The position numbers and the translations under genes are program-made. A stretch of DNA of 63,997 bases, filler included, from Lenisia limosa (taxonomy: Eukaryota; Protista; Breviatea): assembly GCA_001655205.1 (NCBI GenBank). It is 10 parts of 10 records of this genome, joined end to end, with 100 filler letters (N's around TTAATTAATTAA, not from the genome) between each part and the next. Parts side by side here need not be neighbours in the genome. Positions count along the whole stretch, not along the records: positions 10,638 to 21,381 come from LPNZ01010813.1; positions 21,482 to 26,513 come from LPNZ01011593.1; 8 more parts are not named here. One strand, 5' to 3'. Shown one piece after another: positions 10,719 through 21,499 of this stretch (positions within the stretch are counted from its first letter, which is position 1; each line of letters starts with the position of its first letter). Below the pieces are notes generated by a model that was not told where the DNA came from, ran no database searches, and was given only the letters and a program-made list of their open reading frames with translations.

Positions 10719-13700
10719 CTGCATAAGTCGAGCTGCCGTATTCATGACGTCACCAAGTGTACTGAACTCGTGCCGAATACCCGCACCGTATGTACCACTG
10801 TGGAGTAAAATTGGATCATTAATTATGATCCAAAAACAACCAAAATCAACTCGATTGTCTTGAAACACTGAGAGTGAAATCATGGGAGAGGCTTCTGTAA
10901 GTAAGGCACATCTTTGAGCGTTGTTTGAAAGATATACTATGTATATGATATATATATATATATAATATATGACATTGAAATAAGAAATAAAATTTGTGGT
11001 ATCTGGCCGAAGCCGTCCACATCATCACGGTTATAAGAGTTATTGGTATGAAATCCAAAAAGGTTCTAAGGTGACCGAAGCTGGTGGCTCCTCCAATGAG
11101 CCCCCCTCCCCCCCCCCCCCTTNNNNNNNNNNNNNNNNNNNNNNNNNNNNNNNNNNNNNNNNNNNNNNNNNNNNNNNNNNNNNNNNNNNNNNNNNNNNNN
11201 NNNNNNNNNNNNNNNNNGTTGACACCAATTGAGCACTGGTAGTAAAGGGCCTCCTGAACAGCCAAAGCCGCAGCGACTCCACGTGATGCGTTGTCCTGTG
11301 AGGTGAAAATTATTGGTCTATGATTGTATATCAGCGGAGGGAGAAAGATGGGGCGAAACAGAAACAGAAGTGGGGGAGAGGGGTTGATAGTAAAATTACA
11401 ACCACATACACTCCGCCATGCAACCTTATTGTAATGTTAGAAATTTTAAGAGGAAAATTTTATGATGTAAACTCACCTCATGTGAAATTGGAGGAAGGCC
11501 AAAGATGGCAACTGCTGTGGTTCCCTGGGGGGGGGGGGGGNNNNNNNNNNNNNNNNNNNNNNNNNNNNNNNNNNNNNNNNNNNNNNNNNNNNNNNNNNNN
11601 NNNNNNNNNNNNNNNNNNNNNNNNNNNNNNNNNNNNNNNNNNNNNNNNNNNNNNNNNNNNNNNNNNNNNNNNNNNNNNNNNNNNNNNNNNNNNNNNCCAA
11701 AGTTATAAAAAATATATTACTAGCACTATATCCGATACGCCCTATGTATGATGTTTTTGGGCTCAGCCCTAATAATCCATGAATAGAAAGCCTGAAAATT
11801 CCCCAAACTCTTGCCCACCTTGTCATCCATCAACAGCTCATTGACGACCCCCCCAAAGTGCACAACTGCTTCTTGGATTGCCCTATACCTCCAGGATATG
11901 TCATTGAGGATGGTGTCTAAATAAGTGAGTAAGGGGGAAGGGGGGTCTAAAGAGAATACTATTAATTTTTAAAGGAAATATAAGGTATAGTTCTTTGAGC
12001 ACCCAATTAGAAAATACCCCCCCCCCCCCNNNNNNNNNNNNNNNNNNNNNNNNNNNNNNNNNNNNNNNNNNNNNNNNNNNNNNNNNNNNNNNNNNNNNNN
12101 NNNNNNNNNNNNNNNNNNNNNNNNNNNNNNNNNNNNNNNNNNNNNNNACCGTGACCGTTCTCATTTCTCTGAGCCAGTCAGTGCCCAAACCGGCATGCAG
12201 CTTGGCTAAGACCGGCGGAGCAATGTAACATGACATTTGAGAGAGCATTGCTAAGTACATGAGAGAACACTTGTGAAATAAGCGTATGTTCAGTATGCTG
12301 AACAGCTCAATTGGTATTCCTCTCCGTCTTGTCAAAGTATATCATATTACGTGCACCAAACAATCCACCAAACAGCATACCGGGGTGGACTGGGAACGCT
12401 ACATCATATTTGGCCAGTTCGGGAAGTGTAGGCTCGGAGTTGAGACCCAAAAGTGTCATTTCACCTGGAGGGGGGGAGGGGTGAGACAAAAGTACAACAA
12501 TACTGTCAGTGTATTATTAAGTTGTTGAGTAGTATAAATGACTACACGATTGCCACCAGTGTTTTTACAAATTTGCCTCACCTGGTTTGCCATTCTCAGT
12601 TATTGTGGCAGATACATCGTCACAGACAAACTTGAACTGAACAAGTGAGGAACTTAGCTAATTGAAAATATACTTGATGAAGAGTACCAAAACAAAAAAG
12701 GATAATGAACACATCAATTAGGTTACCCAGACTACATGAATTTCCAAGCCTCAATATATAGTACTAACGCCCCCATTCCCTTACGACACCATTTTTGCCC
12801 CCCCCCCCCCNNNNNNNNNNNNNNNNNNNNNNNNNNNNNNNNNNNNNNNNNNNNNNNNNNNNNNNNNNNNNNNNNNNNNNNNNNNNNNNNNNNNNNNNNN
12901 NNNNNNNNNNNNNNNNNNNNNNNNNNNNNNNNNNNNNNNNNNNNNNNNNNNNNNNGAAAATAACTCTCAGACCCAGAAACAAGGAACGCAAAGCGATTGT
13001 TGACACCGCCGACATGGAACAGAGAAATGGGGCCTAAGTATTCAATTCAAAAAATAATAAAAAGAAATAAAAACACACAAAAAAAAATGCCCACTGTCGG
13101 GCTCGAACCGACGGCCGCCAGTTTATTAGACTGGCGCTCTACCGACTGAGCTAAACGGGCTACATAAACCAAAGCCTCATTTTAATTTCCGATGATAATC
13201 ATTTTTTCAAAATTTCCGTATTTTCAATGGGCACAAAATTTTAAATGTTTTTTCTCTGCTGAGTTTCAGACTTTTCAACCGCTAAGAAAGTCAGCGTTCT
13301 TCTCGACACATAATAATTCAAGTAGTTTCCTAGCTGACCGATTTATCTAAGTGTGTTTGTTCATGAAGTCCTCCTGTTTCTGTCGTTTTCTGTGAATGTT
13401 TCTTTGTGTAGTCAACCGGCTACCCCTCTTACATTTTGAAACTTTGAAACAGTTTAAATTATTGTTCATGATTCGGTAGTCGTTCTTAGTAGTTTCCTCA
13501 AGTAGCTAGCTAACCGATCTATCTAAGGGTGTTCGTGAGTCCTCCTGTTTCTCGTTTTCTGTGGGTGTTTCTTACCCACCCCCCACANNNNNNNNNNNNN
13601 NNNNNNNNNNNNNNNNNNNNNNNNNNNNNNNNNNNNNNNNNNNNNNNNNNNNNNNNNNNNNNNNNNNNNNNNNNNNNNNNNNNNNNNNNNNNNNNNNNNN

Positions 13701-16700
13701 NNNNNNNNNNNNNNNNNNNNNNNNNNNNNNNNNNNNNNNNNNNNNNNNNNNNNNNNNNNNNNNNNNNNNNNNNNNNNNNNNNNNNNNNCTGTGTCGTAGT
13801 CCGTTAGAGCCTGGACCACCTGCCACATGCAGTCGGTTGCTAGCCTGGGAGGTAAAATGTGACGTTTGGAATGGGCAAATTAAATCTTGGGGTGGATTAC
13901 CAGCCAAAGAAGAAGAGAATAATAATTGCCAATAGTAACTGGAAACATTGCCATTTGTCTTTCAAGAACATACTTTGTCACGCTTTTTAGGGAGCCAGTT
14001 GATGGCCAGATAGCCAAAAGCGCATCTCCGGCGAAAGTAATGACATCCCCACCGTAGTCCNNNNNNNNNNNNNNNNNNNNNNNNNNNNNNNNNNNNNNNN
14101 NNNNNNNNNNNNNNNNNNNNNNNNNNNNNNNNNNNNNNNNNNNNNNNNNNNNNNNNGGACTGGCATCTTATGCGCTGACTAGTTAACATACCATATATTA
14201 CATAGAGTATCATAGTATACTGTGGTAAATGTCAAACGATTAGCAAAAACATTAATGATCAGAATAAAACAACTGAAACCTAATCAAGAAAGTGACACGG
14301 CAGCATCCTCCAACCTTGATGACATACTCGATGATTTTACCGAAGAAGGAGTTCAAATGGACATTCAACTGTTCTGCTCCACCCGATCTTGAAAGTCAAC
14401 AAAAAGCAAGAAAATAGCACAACAGTACAGTGGTGATGCATCCCACTAATTCGGATTTTGATAGTATTCATTTCGATAGTAGGAAGATATTTAAGTAACC
14501 GCTCTTAGCGTGAAGATTTGCGAATTCTTGATATGAATTTGTTGAAAATTCCTCCCCACTCACTTATGTTGATGGGCAAGAGTTTCACTCAACTTGGTGA
14601 AGCCGGAAATATCCTGGGAGGGGGGTGAGGAGTAGCCATACAATGGAACTACTCAGTTTTTTTTCCGAATTCAAGTGAAGCCCAAAACACACTCAGCATA
14701 CCACAAACACGCAGGCGGCCTCCAACTTTTCCATTGATGGGGCAGGGTCTTTGCCCATCGACTCAGCAAATTGGGCCAAAATCTGGGAACTTAGAAATGA
14801 AAATTAAAAGAAAATACATAAAATTAATACTCGTAAGGAAGGACAAAAATGAGGACACAAAAGCCCTACTCGATTTGGAAAGAAGTTTGCAATATCTCTT
14901 AGGATGTCGGCTTCTGGAACGTCTTCGTCTTCCTCCGATGAAACTGTTGTCAGAGATGGCGATGGGTGTAATTCACATTGTTAGTCTGGTCATTTTGGTG
15001 GTGGCTTGCTTTTGCATTTAGAGTCAAAGCTATTAGCAATAATAATAAAAAAAATAAGGGAGTATTTGGCCGAAGCCGTCNNNNNNNNNNNNNNNNNNNN
15101 NNNNNNNNNNNNNNNNNNNNNNNCAAAAGAACAAATATCGATAAAGTTTAAATACAAACAAATTCCAGTTACCCCTCACTATCAAATGCAGCTTCCTTCT
15201 CGGTATCCTTCTCCCGTGTTCGCATTTCGATGAGGTTGCCAAGACGGCCCCTCCGTGCGGCAGCAGAGATAACCTCAGGATCAAGAAGAATTCCAGGAGT
15301 GTTTGGGACTTCACGAAGGGCAGCAACAGATCGGGACATGCCTAATGTGGTGAAATCCCAAAATACCAAGTGCCATGCAATGTAAAGAACAGTGTTGAAA
15401 TAACAACATGGCTTCGATTGAGTCTGCGAACAACCAGGGTATTTTAAAAGATACACAGAGGGAGGTGTCTAGGTTAGTATGTAGGAATAGACAAATGGCA
15501 TCAGCTCAATGAATTAACCAAAATATACATGGTAGGAGGCCGATTTAAATGAAATAAAACAGATAGGGAATTAGGATGACCTTGTTATTCAAAAACAAAA
15601 ATGAGAATTAAAAATACAGGGAGCACACGACTTACTCTGTACTTTGTCAGCGGCAGTATCAGCGTCCTTCATATCTGCTGATACGAAGCTGGCAGAACTA
15701 ACAGCTGGGTGCATCCCAGTGGCCTTGAGAACTGGGCCTTCTTGCTGAAAAGTGAGAAATAATCATAGAGCGTGATAGTTCCTCATTTTGGAAAATAATA
15801 CAGGAACGAAAATATTACCTATATACCATGGATACATACCAGTTCCTCGGGACGATTTGCAAAATGCCCAAGAATGCCATTATTATTCAAAACCGAAGAA
15901 GGAGCCATAAGGTAAACTTCTGAGCTTACCTCAGCCATTTGGACGATATCCGAAAAGGACATAGCAGCTGAGGGGGTCTCTGAAACACTGCTCTGAATGG
16001 ACTGTTTCGATTCAGCGTGACTCATCTCCTGGGGCTCAATGATGACTATTTCTGGCGGGACGGAATCCATGGATATAGTTTCCGATTTAGCTTCTGACTG
16101 TGGTTCAGATTGAGCTTCAGATCGAACTTCAGAGTATACTGCTGACTCCTTTTCGGTTTCGGAAACAGTTTCCTCTTCCGGGGGCGACACAGTGGTGTCT
16201 GTCTGACTAGGCGGTTCGGCAGCAGGGCTTTGTTGAGGGGGTTCAGGTGAGGGGTGATCTTCATCTTCAGGATTAACAACATTTACTGCAACATCTTCTG
16301 TGACAGTTTCAGTCACATCATTAGTTATATAAGTAGCATCGGTGACTTCTTCTTGAACAATAGTCGTTTGTTTGTCCGAATCTGTGTTCAGAGTATCCTG
16401 TTTTTGAGAAATTTCAATGGGGGGAGGAGCTTCCTGGTATACTTCCGGTTCAGGGGTTGATTGTTTTTGATTGAGAACATTTTCTGCCGGATGGACAGTT
16501 TCTGGAGTGGCAGGTTTGGGTGTTGAGGGTGGTGGTGGTGATTGTGCCCGTTCTGATAAGTGTTGGGCTTGGGTCGTCTCAGGAGTAGGGGTTTCAATTT
16601 TGGTGGATACTGGAGGGGTTGAAATTTGGGCTGAAACGATACGTTCAGGGAATGAAGGGGTAGCAGTATCAACAGCAGCAGACTTGGAGACTTCGGAATG

Positions 16701-19440
16701 CACCACCTGGACCTCTTCACCCTCTACATCATCATCCATGCGAACCTCATCGTCATCACTAAGATTCGGGGCGGGAATATCTATCGGAAGCGCCAGGGAA
16801 CTGGATGATGTCGAAGGCCTACCGAAACCTGGTACAACAACAGACCCCCCTTCGGCGACCGGGAGCGACTGAGTGCTTTCACCACTCAGCAAACTGTCCG
16901 TCTCGGCTTCACTATCTGAGGTTTCCGGCCCCGCAACTGATGCTTCCTTCTTCTTCTTCCGGCGTTTTTTGCGTGCTCGTTTTGGCCTGAGCTTTACGGC
17001 CGTGGCTGTTTGCGGCGGCTCAGCAAAGGTCACACTCCGGTCGCCATCTTTTCGCTTGGCGGTTTTGGGGCGCGGTCCTGTTGACGGTGATGGCTGGCCG
17101 ATGTCAGGCAGTTTTTCAACAGCTGAAGGGTCATTGATACATTGATAACTGATGTAATAGGACCACGTATCACTTGTAGTTTTATTTTTAAATAAATATT
17201 AAGACTTCACTACTGTTCCAAATTTTGGAGAGGACTTTATGGAACTAAAAAAATTGACAGATACACCAAATTAATGTGAGCCATTTTGACAATTCAGCCA
17301 ATGCACCTTTTTTGGGTTTTGCTGATTTCGGACGGGAAGTGGATTTGGTGCGGTTGCCGGATTTGGGCCTAGTAAGTTATGATTTAATCAAGATACACTG
17401 GTGCGGAAGTCAGGAGTTACCAAATNNNNNNNNNNNNNNNNNNNNNNNNNNNNNNNNNNNNNNNNNNNNNNNNNNNNNNNNNNNNNNNNNNNNNNNNNNN
17501 NNNNNNNNNNNNNNNNNNNNNNNNNNNNNNNNNNNNNNNCTCGAATCTTGGAACTTTTGAAACAGGGAGATTGACGACACGTGGCTGATAACAAAGGAGA
17601 GGCGACTAAAAAAGAAAGAGGGGGGGGGGGACATAAACTCGAAAAAAGAGGCAATGAATAACAANNNNNNNNNNNNNNNNNNNNNNNNNNNNNNNNNNNN
17701 NNNNNGCGAATCCAGAGTGAAAAGGGGGGAAACCATTGACCTCGGTTTTGCTTTGGGAACAGACGGCAGGCCGCCATACGACGAATCGGATTTGAGAGAA
17801 GTGACAGTGGTGGAGATTGTTGAAGACCTAGACGGGGATTTGGCGGAGCTAAAATATGACACCACACAGGGTTGACGGCTTCAGCCACAGCCATAAATGT
17901 GATTGTGATCATTTAATTTCTATAAAAGAACCTAGTATTTAGCCGACTATTTGGACAAAACAAGGTTGAAGACACTCAAAGTTATTATTCTAGATTATGA
18001 TCTGTTAAGGAATATTTACTTCCTTAAAAATGCCAGTTCTAAGATTTATCTAAATGTGGCCCACGTTGATGGTTTTGGTGCGGAAGGGGGCTTGGGAACA
18101 GCTGAAGGCTTGGGAAAGGGTTTGGGGGTGGTCGATCGTCTGCTAGTGGTGGGGGCACTTGGCTAATGGTGGTTATAAGGCTACTTAGAGGAGACTACTG
18201 GTGACATTATAGGAGGAATTGTGCTATAAACTAGAGGATAGTGGCACTACTACGTTTCTCAAGGATATCAATTCTTAGAATCGCGGCAATCAAATGAAAT
18301 ATTTCATTGGAAATCGTAGGAATCTGTGAGGTAATGATTATAATATACTATTACTACCAGTACAGGATATAATTACACACAAAGTTATGGGGAGAGGATG
18401 GAGTGCAATGGATTGGATGTATAGGCTATTACCACAAGTACCTGTGAGGGGGCCTTGCGTCGTTTTGCAGTTATGGGGCGTGGGGACTTTGCTTTTGGTT
18501 TACCAGGAGGTTGGGGAGTGAGTGGTGAGGACGGCGTTGTCTAGTGAATCAGTTATACTGTATATTTACCTGCAGAGCTCATGTATTTGTCCTGGTGCAT
18601 CATACATCATTACAACCACATCACTTGAAAAAAGTCTTGAATTGATTATAAAAAAGACAACAGGATAATGGCTCAACCATAGTTACGGGATGAAGATGTA
18701 CATATAATATGTGATTGTTAAATATATGAGATCATATTTCAGCTTTAGTCCACACTAGCAACTTGATAAAGGTATTCATGATGGGGGTGTTGCTCCAAAT
18801 ATTCCACTCCAAAGGGGCTCAGAATCCGCACATTTCGAATCCCCCAACCACCAACGAGTCCATAAACTGAACTTACTTTTGACGCTGTTGTGGCCCGGGT
18901 TTTCGAGGGAGAGGACTTGGCTCTTGAACCTAGATGAGGAATAAGACGGTAGAATGTTTTTAAAAGCAGCAGGCAATGTGAGACGAATCAAATGGCATGT
19001 TATCAAACGATATATGTTGACCCCCCCCCCCCNNNNNNNNNNNNNNNNNNNNNNNNNNNNNNNNNNNNNNNNNNNNNNNNNNNNNNNNNNNNNNNNNACT
19101 CACCATCAGGAGGCGGTGCCGGGGACAACGTGTCACTGACAGCTGATCTTCTCTTGACTTTAACAGATGCCTTTTCCTCTGACGGCTTTGGGCGGACCCT
19201 GTATTCTTTAGAAGAAAAAAGGGAGTTAATACGATGCTCAAATTAAGACACTTAACATAATTATATTGTTGGAATTTCATCAGCAAGTATCTTCGGATAA
19301 AATTAATTTTCAAAATTGTGGTGGTGGGAACCATCCAACTAAAATTATATAGTAATTATAATTTTTAATAATTTTGAACAGCCTTAGAGAAAGCTAAAAT
19401 ATAAGAGCACGGGCGATCCGGCGTACTTGACTGAAGGCAT
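10719..19440 (-). CDS. Soluble (ADCY10-like) class III adenylate cyclase, tandem C1/C2 domains, long low-complexity N-terminus (3' truncated at linker)
   Basis: Exons ACVFV|DISGFTKLSE, GAEQLNVHLNSFFGKII, YGGDVITFAGDALLAIW, GPISLFHVGG..FLVSG, EMRTVT, VVNELLMDDK, QCSIGVN, RHEFSTLGDVMNTAARLM; upstream exons incl. the 404-aa ORF at 15819-17033; candidate start MPSVK|VRPKP at 19440. Confidence 0.85.
10798..10866 (-). mobile_element. Introner-like intron 3' module (cyclase intron)
   Basis: GAGTTGATTTTGG...CATAA...CCAATTTTACTCCACAG|. Confidence 0.55.
10978..11048 (-). repeat. GCCGAAGCCG dispersed intronic repeat, copy 1
   Basis: GTATCTGGCCGAAGCCGTCCACATCATCACGGTTATAAGAG on +. Confidence 0.7.
13088..13160 (-). 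tRNA. tRNA-Ile(AAT), inside an intron of the cyclase gene
   Basis: GCCCGTTTAGCTCAGTCGGTAGAGCG CCAGT CTAATAA ACTGG CGGCCGTCGGTTCGAGCCCGACAGTGGGCA folds as a cloverleaf; T-run downstream. Confidence 0.95.
13321..13572. repeat. Imperfect direct repeat (about 75 nt, about 180 nt apart) upstream of tRNA-Ile
   Basis: CTAGCT(G/A)ACCGAT(T/C)TATCTAAG...GTCCTCCTGTTTCT..GTTTTCTGTG..TGTTTCT twice. Confidence 0.7.
15040..15080 (-). repeat. GCCGAAGCCG repeat, copy 2 (cut by gap)
   Basis: GTATTTGGCCGAAGCCGTC then N. Confidence 0.6.
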
Positions 19441-19713
19441 TGTGTTCTGAGAAGGCGGAGTTCTTTAAGCGTTACTTAGCATGCTAGTACTAAATAAATA
19501 CGAGTAGCAGGGCGCTCTGCAGCGACAAGGTGAACAACTCTAATATGAGAAAACGCTTCTTCCTTCTTTCCGCTAATTAAACTACGTTAAATCATCTGTC
19601 AATCGTCCTAAAAAGACACTATTTTCTTGAAATTCACTGAAATCAAACTGAAATATTTGCAACAAATTGTTTTTATAGTACGTGGCGCGCAACGCAACGT
19701 AATATAAAACTGA

Positions 19714-21381
19714 ATGGAGCAATCTCTCTTTCTGAAAGTGCTTAAGTTGTAGTAGATATATTATTGAATGGGATAGAACGCATCTGGCAAAATGGTAGAC
19801 CCATCGGTAGGGTATCCTGCTCTCCTGAAAGAAGTCTAACGTATTTAGGACCAAACTGCAGATATATTTGACAAATTAAAGATATGTGAGAACTCTTCTC
19901 AAGGTACTGTTGCCTTTCCCCAAAATCATAATTCCTCAGGGCTTCCCTCTTGGCTTCTCCCCCTGCTTAACGAAGTGTTGGCACCGAAGCCAGCGGAGAA
20001 TAGATGTCAAAACTGTCACAATGAAGCTATCGGTGATCTTCAGAAAAAGCTTGACTCTATCGAGTCAAAGGTTTGCAGGTTTTATTGAAGGCTATAAATG
20101 GTTGGTGTTTTGAAATGAGTGTAAAATAGTTTTAAGGTAAAACAAAGGTATTGCTACAGTTTGGACTTTCCAGAATGTATAATCTTGTAGGTTGACAACC
20201 TTACTCAATTGGTGGCTTCTTTAACGGAAACACACCAGAACAAATCCCAGGTTCGCCAAATGATAGGCTATCTCTGCATAACGGACGGATTGTGTGAAAA
20301 ATTATCATTACTTTTATTCTTTCTCATGATGGTGTTGACAGCTTTAGCTTTTCTGATATTTGGCTTTCAGGGTATTGAAAGCATCACCAAAGCCTGATGT
20401 AAATTTTCAGTCTTCGATTTTTTTTCGCTTTCTGGTTTTGTTTTGTTTTCTGGAGAACCAGTCAGATGCCCAACCGGTCATGATTATTTTGTTTCATCCC
20501 CCTCTCCCCAGTCGCCATATACCAGTGACACCGGGAGTGTTGTGCGAATGCCGTTTGAACGACCCGCACCCAGTGGTTTTGTTGAAGTTCTGCAGCCCAT
20601 GGAGACCGTGGTAGGTGACTATGTTTATTTTACAAAACGTTTATTTTTGAATCATATATATAAGTATGAACAAATACGATATGGTCCTCAGACAATCTAT
20701 GAAGATATTGACACCTACACGTCATGGGAATGATAAAGATTCAGCTTTTTTAATGCAAAGAGTATTACTTTTCATATATCACTAAATGTTTTGCGAAATG
20801 ATTGACAACATTCGAGACCATTGGTTGGGAAGCAATTATTCATTCTAACGGGTTTCAGAACGAGAAACAGCAGGCTCATTCGAGTTCCGAACACTGTGGG
20901 TGGCATCTCTTGTGTCTTATGAAATATGAGTGTATTTATGGGAACGTTTGTTAATGTTATATGCTATTTATCCTTATTTCTACTAAATATTTAGCATCTT
21001 TGGATATGTTCCTGAAAGGCGCGCAAGGATGCCCCTTTGTCCCTACCTCTCGTGCTAATATGACGGAAAATCTCCCTTCCCCCATCCCTCCCCAGAAGGT
21101 AGGGGAATCACCAAAAGGATTCAATCTTATGTAGTATTCTGATCCTTTTTTTGCGGTATTGACAGCCCTGGCCAGAAAAACATGCTGTATTGAACACTAA
21201 AGCAGCATTGATGTATTAGAATAGCTTTAATGTTCTATGTTCCCATTTGTTATGTTCCAGACCCCCCCTCTCCCCGAGCCAGTCGAGGCTCCCTCAAATG
21301 ACGAAACCCCTTTTACCCCCACCCTTCCCACCCCACCATCCCACCACGCAGCACCTGAAGCCGAAGACAAACCAGAAGAGA
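19714..21381 (+). CDS. Hypothetical multi-exon protein, divergent from the cyclase (3' truncated)
   Basis: Exon-like frames with GT/AG ends: NRCQNCHNEAIGDLQKKLDSIESK, VDNLTQLVASL, SPYTSDTGSVVRMPFERP, Pro-rich last segment; no family recognised. Confidence 0.4.
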
Positions 21382-21499
21382 NNNNNNNNNNNNNNNNNNN
21401 NNNNNNNNNNNNNNNNNNNNNNNNNTTAATTAATTAANNNNNNNNNNNNNNNNNNNNNNNNNNNNNNNNNNNNNNNNNNNNTAAAAGGAAACTCGTTTC

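Noticed and set aside
11005-11030. Box C/D snoRNA interpretation of the GCCGAAGCCG repeat
   Set aside because: GTGATGA occurs in only one copy (others GTGATAG/GTGATGG) and there is no conserved CTGA D box.
13088-13160. tRNA body resembles tRNA-Lys, suggesting a recoding tRNA
   Set aside because: The anticodon loop CTAATAA with A73 is a normal Ile(AAT); no evidence of mischarging.
16046-16872. Overlapping alternative-frame and antisense ORFs in the long cyclase exon (also 50311-50811 and 54563-54877)
   Set aside because: Shadow ORFs of GC-richer coding exons; no motifs or splice support.
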